From positions 1,728,001 to 1,792,000 of the forward strand of contig OZ245056.1 of assembly GCA_965224705.1 (NCBI GenBank): a stretch of DNA of 64,000 nucleotides, read 5' to 3'. This document shows positions 1 to 9,512 of the stretch, piece after piece (the stretch's first letter is position 1; the number at the start of each line of letters is the position of its first letter). Origin of the DNA: Spirochaetaceae bacterium (GTDB lineage Bacteria; Spirochaetota; Spirochaetia; DSM-2461). The notes below the pieces were generated by a model. It was not told the DNA's origin and did not search any database. It saw only the letters and a list, made by a program, of their open reading frames with translations. The position numbers and the translations under genes are program-made.

Positions 1-317
1 GCCAGAAGCAGGCATTTGTATGCGATTTTCTCTCCCCCGACGACAATCTGTCGGGCATCGGGGATGATGTCTTCAACGGTGAGGCCTCTTTGAAGGTCAA
101 CATTATTTCGGCTGTACCATGTTTCTTCGTGGATGGCAAATTCATCCGGAAGCATCCCACTCTTTACGTGTTTGCTGACCTGTGTCCTTTTGTAGGGAAG
201 GGCATTTTCCGCATCGACAAGATTGAGTGATGCCGAGGGGACTTCCCTGATAAGGGTTTCGGCGGCGGTGCGTCCGGCGCTGCCGGCTCCAACGATGATG
301 AAATCATAACTTCTCAC
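1..317 (-). CDS. FAD-dependent pyridine nucleotide-disulfide oxidoreductase, N-terminal part (runs off the window)
   Basis: Manual translation from GTG at 317, with a GGAG RBS upstream: MRSYDFIIVGAGSAGRTAAETL...LPYKRTQVSK...KCLLL. Contains a GxGxxG FAD motif; not in the ORF track. Confidence 0.8.
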   Translation of the reverse strand, partial: MRSYDFIIVGAGSAGRTAAETLIREVPSASLNLVDAENALPYKRTQVSKHVKSGMLPDEFAIHEETWYSRNNVDLQRGLTVEDIIPDARQIVVGGEKIAYKCLLL

Positions 318-364
318 TGTTTTCTCCAGGATGCCCGAATTTCGCCGTTTATCATACTTTATCA

Positions 365-388
365 AGTGTCAACAAGCTTGCTGACACT
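365..388. repeat. 24-bp near-perfect palindrome AGTGTCAACAAGCTTGCTGACACT
   Basis: Read directly. It matches the inverted repeats at 9094/9314 and 36026/36248 fused at the central AAGCTT. Confidence 0.85.
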
Positions 389-453
389 CCGGATTCCTTA
401 CTGAGGTATGCTTGAATGGAATTCTGAAGAGTATCGGCCTCCCTCCAACTTCA

Positions 454-831
454 TCAGGTAACAAGTGCCTCAACCTCCACCTGCACATCTCTGGGTAAAC
501 GGGATACTTCCACGCAGGAACGCGCCGGAAACGGAGCATTGAAGTAAGTGGCATAGATGGCATTAAATGCAGGAAAGTTTCCCATGTCGGTAAGAAAACA
601 GGTGGTTTTTACGACATTGTCCATGCTGGATCCGGCGGCTTCAACGACGGCCTTCAGATTGTTCAACGCCTGCCTTGCCTGATCCTCAAAATCATCGCTT
701 ACAACTTCCCCGGTCCGGGGATCCAATGCAATCTGCCCGCTTGTGTAGACAAAATTACCTGCCTTTACAGCCTGGGAGTATGGCCCTATGGCTGCCGGGC
801 TTGCCTCTGTTTCTATTGCTGATTTATGCAT
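454..831 (-). CDS. ridA: RidA family enamine/imine deaminase
   Basis: PAAIGPYSQA, SGQIALDP, FPARSCVEV, VEVEA motifs. Confidence 0.93.
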   Translation of the reverse strand: MHKSAIETEASPAAIGPYSQAVKAGNFVYTSGQIALDPRTGEVVSDDFEDQARQALNNLKAVVEAAGSSMDNVVKTTCFLTDMGNFPAFNAIYATYFNAPFPARSCVEVSRLPRDVQVEVEALVT

Positions 832-1512
832 TGTTCCTCCTGTTTCACCTCTCTGAGGTAGTTGTAAATTGTGTATTTGGATAATCCCATTTCTTTGGCC
901 ACATATTCAATGATCCCTTTTATTTCAAATATACCGCGTTGATTGAGTTCGGATACAATCCGCTTGTTTCTGGCTACCGGCGAGAGCTGCCGTTCTCTGG
1001 ATAAGGCGGTATGGACTTCATCCAGGGAACGGCTTATCAGTTCTTCAACACTGGAGGCGAACTGTTCCTTCGGTCCCTTATCGGCATCCATTGTGTGGCG
1101 AAGAAATTCACCAACAATATCAATGAACGGGGCAGATAAATCCATGTTGATGCACAGCATTCCGATGGGACGTTCATTCTGATTGTGGATTACAGCGGTT
1201 ATGGAACGCATCTGTCGGCCATCTTTGGCCATCGATGGATAGGGGCCGAATATCTGATTGCGGGTTTTCCTGCTGTCACGAAGAATGTGCATGGCAAATT
1301 CGGTTATGGGGGAACCAATTGTCCGGCCCGTAATATGCCCGTTGGCTATACAGCGAACGGAATGGGAAAGATCGTCCAACGCATGAAGAAGGACTTCACA
1401 ATACGGACCGAAGATACGGGCTATAGCACCGACAGCGGGTTCCATGGACTTCAATATGGCGTTATCCGCCGCATCCAGAGGAAACATGTTGCCCACCGCA
1501 CCGTCCTGTACA

Positions 1513-1523
<11 letters not shown>
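813..1523 (-). CDS. YheO/DauR-like PAS plus HTH transcriptional regulator
   Basis: CEVLLH, IANGHITGR, IGMLCIN, GIFEIKG...SKYTIYNYL. Confidence 0.88.
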
Positions 1524-2700
<1,177 letters not shown>

Positions 2701-2790
2701 GTACTAACCTCCATTGCGGATGAATGAGATGATTATTATGTATAGCTATAAATTTTTCAACATAATTTACAATATTTTTGCAAATTTATA

Positions 2791-2818
2791 TTGACATTTA
2801 TACTTTATACATTAAAAT
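2791..2818 (+). promoter_or_regulatory. sigma70-like promoter of the ABC operon
   Basis: TTGACA-16 nt-TAAAAT in an AT-rich divergent intergenic region; AAGGAG RBS before ATG 2844. Confidence 0.5.
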
Positions 2819-2843
2819 TAATAAAAAATAAGGAGATTTTGCA

Positions 2844-3974
2844 ATGCGTAAATCACTCTTTTCATTAACTATTCTCATGATAGTTACAGCAGTACTGCCG
2901 GTTTTTTCAACCGGCACCAGGGAATCCGGGGACTCCTCCATTCATATTGCACTGTCAGCACCCATAACGGGAGACTGGTCGGAGTACGGGGTCAATTTTG
3001 AACGCTCCGTGACCATGGCCATAGATAAACTGAATGAGGCAGGCGGTGTACTTGGACGGCAGTTCAGTCTATCGACAGGCGATACAAAAGGTATCCCGCA
3101 GGAGGCAGCCACTTTGGCCCAGAAATGGACCAGCGATCCCTCCATTGTAGCCGAGATTGGGCCGTTTTCATCGTCCAGTTCCATGGCGGCCCAACCCATT
3201 TATGATTCTATGGGTATGGTCCAGCTTTCACCAACCGCAAGCCATGCGGACTATGCCGGGGGATCGACCTGGAGTTTCGGAATAGTTGGCACACAATCCA
3301 GTGAAGGTCCATTCAATGCCGCTTTTGCCTATGACGACATTGGCATACGCAATGTTGCGGTGCTTCACCTGAACAACGACTGGGGTATAGATACGGCACA
3401 GTATTTTACGAAGGCCTTTGAAACAATGGGCGGCACAGTTACGGATGTTGAATTCTATTTCGATGGTGAAAGTGATTTTACCGCCGTGCTGACCAAACTG
3501 AAGGATTCTGGTGCCGATGGCCTGTTCATGGCTGCATTTTATAATGACGGAGCCGCCATAAACATTCAGCGCAAGCGGCTTGGCTGGAATGTTCCCGTTA
3601 TCGGTCCTACTTCTCTGTATTCCCCCCAGATTATTGAACTTGGCGGAGATTCAGTCGAAGAACTGTACACCGGCACCGGATTCTTTGCCGAAGATCCGGA
3701 TCCCGTTATTAAGGACTATGTGGACAGATTCAGGGAACGCTATGGTGCATCACCGAATTTCCATGCGGCCCTAGCCTATGATGCCATGATGCTGTTGGCC
3801 GATGCCATTAAACGTGCCGGAAGCACAGATCATGCGGCTATACGTGACGCATTGGCCAGCACAGACAGCTTTCCCGGACTGACCGGTTCCATAACCTTTA
3901 ACCCGGACGGTTCGGCCACTAAAAGTTACAGGAAACTGGTCGTCAAAGACGGGAAGTTTGTTCCTTTCGAATAG
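2844..3974 (+). CDS. Branched-chain amino acid-type ABC substrate-binding protein
   Basis: Signal peptide; APITG, GGVLGR, AYDAM, FPGLTGSITF (LivJ/K family). Confidence 0.9.
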   Translation: MRKSLFSLTILMIVTAVLPVFSTGTRESGDSSIHIALSAPITGDWSEYGVNFERSVTMAIDKLNEAGGVLGRQFSLSTGDTKGIPQEAATLAQKWTSDPSIVAEIGPFSSSSSMAAQPIYDSMGMVQLSPTASHADYAGGSTWSFGIVGTQSSEGPFNAAFAYDDIGIRNVAVLHLNNDWGIDTAQYFTKAFETMGGTVTDVEFYFDGESDFTAVLTKLKDSGADGLFMAAFYNDGAAINIQRKRLGWNVPVIGPTSLYSPQIIELGGDSVEELYTGTGFFAEDPDPVIKDYVDRFRERYGASPNFHAALAYDAMMLLADAIKRAGSTDHAAIRDALASTDSFPGLTGSITFNPDGSATKSYRKLVVKDGKFVPFE

Positions 3975-4039
3975 CATTAATCAGAAATGATGGTGTGGAA
4001 ATGGGGGAACACTCCGGAAAGAACAGGTAAAATGTTGTC

Positions 4040-4903
4040 ATGTTTGCACAGCAGTTGATAAATGGTTTGACGCAGGGCAGTTTATTTGCTTTGCTGGCCA
4101 TTTCGTTTTCCATTGTCTATGGAACGCTCAGATTGGTGAACTTTGCCACAGGATCCATCTACATGATTGGGGCCTTCTGCGGCTGGTTGATTGTTAAACA
4201 TGCCGTCCCGAATCTGTTTGCGGCTATTGCCGCCGGAGCTGTCGGCGGATTCATTGCGGGCTATGTTCTTGAACGGTTTGCTTTCAGGGCCCTGCGCGGA
4301 GTCGCACGGATAGCTTCTCTCATCTGCACCATCGGATTTTCGGTACTGTTAAATGAACTTATGGCGGTTCTGTTTGGCGCAGAGCGTAAAAGTATGCCGC
4401 CTTTCTATTCGCATACGGCTTTTACTGTGGCCGGGGTGAATGTCAGCTGGCTGCAGATTATTCTTGTGGGCGTCGCCGCGATTATCCTTACCGCATTACA
4501 ATTGTTCATCTTCCGTACAAAAATGGGTCTGGCCATACGCGCTGTATCCCTGGACTTCAAAACGGCCAGCCTTATGGGAATTCCTGTGGACCGGGTTATT
4601 TCGCTGACTTTCTCCCTGGCCGGAGCTATGGCGGGCATTGCCGGGGTTATGGCCAGTGCATATTACAATGCAGTATTTCCTTTTATGGGGAACATTGCGG
4701 GGTTGAAATCCTTTTCGGCGGCAGTATTCGGCGGGCTGACATCCATTCCCGGGGCCATTCTGGGCGGGTATCTTCTGGGATTGATAGAGAATTTCGGTGT
4801 GCAGGTGATTTCTTCGGGTTACCGGGACTTAATCGGTTTTGTCATACTGGTTGTTTTTCTATTGGCAAGGCCCCGCGGACTTCTGGGCCGCAAAGTTGCT
4901 TGA
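4040..4903 (+). CDS. livH: Liv-type ABC permease (LivH-like)
   Basis: QQLINGL..GS.FAL.A, VNFATG, GLAIRA, FGGLTSIPGA. Confidence 0.88.
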   Translation: MFAQQLINGLTQGSLFALLAISFSIVYGTLRLVNFATGSIYMIGAFCGWLIVKHAVPNLFAAIAAGAVGGFIAGYVLERFAFRALRGVARIASLICTIGFSVLLNELMAVLFGAERKSMPPFYSHTAFTVAGVNVSWLQIILVGVAAIILTALQLFIFRTKMGLAIRAVSLDFKTASLMGIPVDRVISLTFSLAGAMAGIAGVMASAYYNAVFPFMGNIAGLKSFSAAVFGGLTSIPGAILGGYLLGLIENFGVQVISSGYRDLIGFVILVVFLLARPRGLLGRKVA

Positions 4904-4916
4904 GGGATGACGGATT

Positions 4917-5945
4917 ATGCGGTCAGATAGAATTAGTATAGCTTATTTCATCAGAAGATACCGCTGGCCTTTTGCCATCGGAACAGGTTTATTGCTGTTG
5001 ATCCTGCCCTTTCTTCTGGGCAATGCGTATTACATACGGGTGGCTACCATTGTGGGCATTTATGCAATTCTGGTTTCCAGTCTGAACATAATTATTGGAT
5101 TTACGGGAATGTTCTCCCTGGGTCACGCGGCTTTCTACGGCATTGGAGCCTATACCTCGGCCATGCTGACGACTATGGCGGGTTGGTCCTTCTGGACAGC
5201 CATGCCTGCAGCGGGTCTTGTTGCAGGTATTTTCGGCGGGCTTATAGGGCTGGTTACATTGCGTCTAAAGGCTGTATTTCTGGCCTTTACAACGTTGGGA
5301 TTCGGTGAGATTACCCGCATAGTCATTTTGAACTGGCGATCGTTCACCCGCGGCCCGCTGGGCATTGCGGGTATTCCTGTTCCCACATTTTTCGACTGGA
5401 AATTTAACCGATATGGTTACTACTACCTTGTTCTTGTTCTGGCTTCGCTGACCGTACTCCTCATTGCCAGAATGTATTACTCCCGGATCGGGCGGGCCTT
5501 TGTGGCCATACGCGAGGATGAAACAGCGGCCAGGAGCATGGGTATTCATGTGTTCGGGTACAAGGTTCTGGCATTTACCATTGCCTGTTTCTTTGCGGGT
5601 ATAGCGGGCAGTTTTTTTGCTCATTTCCAGCGGTTTGTCAGCGCCGATTCCTTTTCCAATCTGGAGTCTTTTGTCATTATTACCATGGTGGCTCTGGGCG
5701 GAACCGGGTCCATTGTGGGTCCCATCCTGGGTGCTGGCATTCTGGTTGTGTTCCCGGAGGTATTCCGGTTCCTGGCCCGGTACCGCGGGGTAATCTACGG
5801 ACTGGTACTGATACTGGTTATTGTTCTGAAACCGGGCGGACTTGCCGGTGTCAAGGGTATCTTTGAGAAGCCCAAAATACCCAGGAAGAGAGGCAATCGC
5901 AGAAAGTATCACATAAAACCTCTTCCCGGGAGTAACGGCGGATGA
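4917..5945 (+). CDS. livM: Liv-type ABC permease (LivM-like)
   Basis: GMFSLGHAAFYGIGAY, TLGFGE, AIREDE.AA. Confidence 0.88.
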   Translation: MRSDRISIAYFIRRYRWPFAIGTGLLLLILPFLLGNAYYIRVATIVGIYAILVSSLNIIIGFTGMFSLGHAAFYGIGAYTSAMLTTMAGWSFWTAMPAAGLVAGIFGGLIGLVTLRLKAVFLAFTTLGFGEITRIVILNWRSFTRGPLGIAGIPVPTFFDWKFNRYGYYYLVLVLASLTVLLIARMYYSRIGRAFVAIREDETAARSMGIHVFGYKVLAFTIACFFAGIAGSFFAHFQRFVSADSFSNLESFVIITMVALGGTGSIVGPILGAGILVVFPEVFRFLARYRGVIYGLVLILVIVLKPGGLAGVKGIFEKPKIPRKRGNRRKYHIKPLPGSNGG

Positions 5946-6700
5946 TTCTTTCTGTAGAAAAACTCTGCAAATCCTTTGGCGGTTTACTGGCAAACAACAG
6001 CATTGATCTACATGTACAGCCCAGAACAATCCATGCAATCATAGGTCCCAACGGGGCAGGCAAGACAACTTTTTTTGATGCCCTGACCGGTCTCCTCCCT
6101 GCAGACAGCGGAACTATAACTTTTGAAGACAGACGAATTGAATCTCTGCCCACTCACCGGATTGCCGCAATGGGTATAGGAAGAACATTCCAGAACATCC
6201 GGCTGTTCCCCTGGCTTTCTGTTCTGGACAATGTCAGGATTGGGGCACACGTCCGCCAGAAACAAAATGTGTTCGATGCATTAATCCGTTCTTCCCGCAA
6301 CCGCCGGGAAGAACGGGAGATAAAGGAATTTGCATTGAACTTGCTCGAACAGGTGGGACTGTCCAGGGTCTCCGACACTTTTGCCCGCAACCTTCCTTAT
6401 GGGGAACAGCGCAAACTGGAGATTGCCCGCGCCATGGCCGGCAACCCCCGGCTGCTGCTGCTGGATGAACCGGCGGCGGGAATGAACAACACGGAAACAG
6501 CCAACCTGGATGCCTTTATACGGAGCCTGAAGGACAAGGGATTCACAGTTCTGCTTATTGAACACGACATGAAGCTGGTAATGAGCATTGCAGACCGCAT
6601 AACGGTAATTGATCATGGAATTAAAATAAGCGAGGGGACGACGAAAGAAGTGCAGAACGATGAGCGGGTCATAGAAGCCTATCTTGGGAGGGACAAGTGA
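5942..6700 (+). CDS. livG: Liv-type ABC ATPase (LivG-like)
   Basis: GPNGAGKTT, RTFQNIRLF, LPYGEQR.LEIARA, LLLDEPAAG, VIEAYLG. Confidence 0.92.
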   Translation: MILSVEKLCKSFGGLLANNSIDLHVQPRTIHAIIGPNGAGKTTFFDALTGLLPADSGTITFEDRRIESLPTHRIAAMGIGRTFQNIRLFPWLSVLDNVRIGAHVRQKQNVFDALIRSSRNRREEREIKEFALNLLEQVGLSRVSDTFARNLPYGEQRKLEIARAMAGNPRLLLLDEPAAGMNNTETANLDAFIRSLKDKGFTVLLIEHDMKLVMSIADRITVIDHGIKISEGTTKEVQNDERVIEAYLGRDK

Positions 6701-7410
6701 ACCTGCTTGAGATACATAACCTGGAAGTGCATTATGGCAGGATCCATGCCTTGAAGGGAGTTTCCATAAATGTGGAACACGGTAAACTGGTCACGCTTAT
6801 TGGTGCCAATGGTGCTGGCAAAACAACGCTTCTGAATGCGATTTCCGGTATTGTTCCGGCTAGCGGGGGCACTGTAGCTTTTAATGAAAACAACATTTTC
6901 AATGAGGAGCCGCACATTATAACCCGAATGGGCATGGTTCATGTTCCCGAGGGACGGAAAATTTTCAGTGAATTAACCGTGGAGGAAAATCTAACTATCG
7001 GTGCTTACATACATCCCAACCGTTCCCAGGTGCAAACCTTGATTGACCGCAACTATGCGCTGTTTCCAAAACTGGCCGAGCGGCGCAGCCAGGAGGGCGG
7101 CTCATTGTCCGGGGGCGAACAGCAAATGCTGGCCATCGCCCGAGGGTTAATGTGCAATCCAAAACTACTTCTTCTGGACGAACCAAGTCTTGGACTGGCT
7201 CCACTTTTAGTAGAAGATGTCTTTGCACTGATAAACGAAATAAATCGGTCGGGTGTTGCCGTTCTGCTGGTGGAACAAAACGCCAATGCGGCCCTGCAAA
7301 CTGCCGATTATGGCTATGTTCTGGAAACCGGTTCCATAATTCTGCACGACAGGGCCGCCAATCTTTTGAAAAATGCACAGGTTCGCAAGGCCTACCTGGG
7401 CATTGCATAG
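6697..7410 (+). CDS. livF: Liv-type ABC ATPase (LivF-like)
   Basis: GANGAGKTT, VPEGR.IF, LSGGEQQMLA, DEPSLGLAP. Confidence 0.92.
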   Translation: MNLLEIHNLEVHYGRIHALKGVSINVEHGKLVTLIGANGAGKTTLLNAISGIVPASGGTVAFNENNIFNEEPHIITRMGMVHVPEGRKIFSELTVEENLTIGAYIHPNRSQVQTLIDRNYALFPKLAERRSQEGGSLSGGEQQMLAIARGLMCNPKLLLLDEPSLGLAPLLVEDVFALINEINRSGVAVLLVEQNANAALQTADYGYVLETGSIILHDRAANLLKNAQVRKAYLGIA

Positions 7411-7421
7411 GAGGCAAATCA

Positions 7422-8357
7422 ATGAACAAAAAAGAACGGGTAGAGGCCAGCCTGGCTGGTAAACCTTTCGACAGAGCGCCGGTGTCATTCTGGTACCACT
7501 TCGGGGTTCAGCATGAACCGGGGGAACGGATTGCGGAAATAGAGCTGAATTTTTTCAATTACTTCGATCTGGATTATCTGAAGCTAATGAACGACTACTA
7601 CTATCCCATGCCGGACGGTATGCAGGAATTGAAAACACGGGAAGACCTGAAAACAATCAGCCATTTCGATGTTCATAAATCCCCCTGGGGTGAACAACTT
7701 AAAGCCATTAACATAATAGCCGGCCAGCTGGATAGAGAGGCATATTTCGTCGATACCATTTTTGAACCCTGGCAGTGTTTAATACGAAATCTGGTCGGCG
7801 AACACCTGCCTATGCTTGTCCGGGATGCCCCGGATGCAATCCTGGAAGCCCTGGAAATCATTACTGACAATATTGTGGCTTACTGTAAAGCAGCCATTTC
7901 CGCCGGGGCAGCCGGAGTGTTTTTGTCCACCTTTTCCTCTTCCGCACAGATGGACAGGGCTCATTACATGAAATTCGCCTATCCCTTTGTAAAAAGGATT
8001 ATGGAAGAAATTAAGGACATGGGCATCATGAACACTCTGCATCTGCATGATTACGGTATCTTTACCAGGGAAATGGTGCAGCTTCCCGCCCACATTATAA
8101 GCTATGAGGACACCGATTCCCGGAACCCGTCCATAGCCCGGATGCGCACAGAATGGAAGGGCAGCATAATGGCCGGTATGGACAAGAATTTGATGACCCG
8201 CGTTACACCCCGCAAAGCCGTGGACAATGCCCTGACCGGCATAAAAAACGGAGGAAATACCCGTTTCTTCCTGGCCCCGGGATGCAGTTTCCCAACCTGG
8301 CTCTATCCCGAATCGGGTAAACTTCTGGTGGAAGCGGTTCAACAATCCGTTCACTGA
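7422..8357 (+). CDS. Uroporphyrinogen decarboxylase (URO-D/MtaA-like) family protein
   Basis: True start is probably ATG 7422 (GGAGG RBS; MNKKERV..SLAG...DR.PVSFW). Also AISAGAAGVF, LHLH and C-terminal LAPGC. Confidence 0.8.
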   Translation: MNKKERVEASLAGKPFDRAPVSFWYHFGVQHEPGERIAEIELNFFNYFDLDYLKLMNDYYYPMPDGMQELKTREDLKTISHFDVHKSPWGEQLKAINIIAGQLDREAYFVDTIFEPWQCLIRNLVGEHLPMLVRDAPDAILEALEIITDNIVAYCKAAISAGAAGVFLSTFSSSAQMDRAHYMKFAYPFVKRIMEEIKDMGIMNTLHLHDYGIFTREMVQLPAHIISYEDTDSRNPSIARMRTEWKGSIMAGMDKNLMTRVTPRKAVDNALTGIKNGGNTRFFLAPGCSFPTWLYPESGKLLVEAVQQSVH

Positions 8358-8902
8358 TGAACCTGTATCTGTGCGGCATGATCGGTTCCGGCAAGACCAC
8401 CATTGGCCAGGCGGTCAGTGCTGAAACCGGCCTGGCATTTCAGGATCTGGACCGGGAAATGGATGCCCGACTGGGGTATTCCTTCCACCGACTGGTGGCT
8501 GAACAGGGCTGGCTGCCCTTCCGCGAACTGGAGTACAGCATTTGCAAGCACTTTGCATCGCTGGACCATGCCATAATTTGCCTGGGCGGAGGCACGGTCC
8601 GTTACGAATGGAATCTGGATGCCATACGCGGTACCGGTCCGATAGTTCTGCTGGAAGCTGATGAGGAAGTCCTTATCCGACGGGTTTCCAGGGCCGACCG
8701 CCCAAGGGTAACCCCCAACACCGACCTGGAACAGGATATCCGCAATATGTGGCAGACCTATGCGGATCGCTACCGCAATGCGACGGATTACACCTACCGG
8801 ACAGATCAAAAAAATCTGGAGCAGGAAGTCGAAGATTTTCTGGAGCTTCTGGGGACACATGAGGTGTTTGCGGGGGTCGTGCCGAATGCTGATGAGGATT
8901 GA
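8357..8902 (+). CDS. Shikimate kinase family P-loop kinase
   Basis: GMIGSGKTTIG, DLD, FRELE, LGGG, RP motif. Confidence 0.85.
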   Translation: MNLYLCGMIGSGKTTIGQAVSAETGLAFQDLDREMDARLGYSFHRLVAEQGWLPFRELEYSICKHFASLDHAIICLGGGTVRYEWNLDAIRGTGPIVLLEADEEVLIRRVSRADRPRVTPNTDLEQDIRNMWQTYADRYRNATDYTYRTDQKNLEQEVEDFLELLGTHEVFAGVVPNADED

Positions 8903-8925
8903 TCGGTTTCAGCCCTGGAGCCTTA

Positions 8926-9086
8926 GAGCCTGTCGGACTTACGCCTCACGGCTCGATTTTTGCCCTTTTTTCCCGCTACGGCGTTGCCAAAATGCTCACG
9001 TAGCCCAGCTACGCTCCGCTTTTGCCGCCTTGTATCGGAAAAAAATCATCAAAAATCGCCTCGAAGTCTCAAAGTCCGACAGACTC
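8926..9086 (+). mobile_element. MITE family A, full copy 1 (161 bp)
   Basis: Terminal inverted repeats (TIRs) GAGCCTGTCGGACTT and AAGTCCGACAGACTC; 4-bp target duplication CTTA at 8922-8925 and 9087-9090. Confidence 0.92.
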
Positions 9087-9093
9087 CTTACGT

Positions 9094-9314
9094 AGTGTCA
9101 GAAAGCTTGTTAAATAAATCGATTGCTATTGTCAGAGATTTAATATATTATAGAATAAGTACTTACATGACCTTCGCCGACAGGGCTTCTCTCCGTTCCA
9201 AAGAGTGATTCGCCGAATTACAGCCATCAGTCAGCATTGAACAACGACACCAGACAGGGATCTCCATCTGGCTGGATTCTAATGAATCCAGGCTCCAACA
9301 AGCTTACTGACACT
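9094..9314. promoter_or_regulatory. IR-bounded 221-bp segment with internal promoter (candidate invertible promoter, locus 1)
   Basis: 18-bp IRs AGTGTCAGAAAGCTTGTT (9094-9111) and AACAAGCTTACTGACACT (9297-9314), one mismatch; internal TTGCTA-17-TATTAT; homologous unit at 36026-36248. Confidence 0.65.
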
Positions 9315-9512
9315 CAATAAGAATTGTGTTTTCCTTTTCCAAACAGGATATTATTCATTCCGGCAGCCGGATTATTATCCGCAGGGGCAGTTTTCTCTTT
9401 TACCGATGGCACAGGAACTGTGTCAATTTCTTCTGTAAAGAACAAACATTAACCACTATTCAGCCACAAAGAAATATTGCTGATCCGATTCAAACAATTT
9501 ATTTTGACCTGT

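Noticed and set aside
7152..7421. N-terminal extension of the 401-aa ORF
   Set aside because: Overlaps livF; the RBS and family N-terminus point to ATG 7422.
9105..9119. XerD-arm-like TGTTAAAT suggesting a dif site
   Set aside because: No XerC arm at the right spacing, and not conserved at the sister locus.
8960..9208. Small ORFs sharing the peptide LPKCSRSPATLRF (also 18303-18485 and 22151-22465)
   Set aside because: Translations of the MITE core, not genes.
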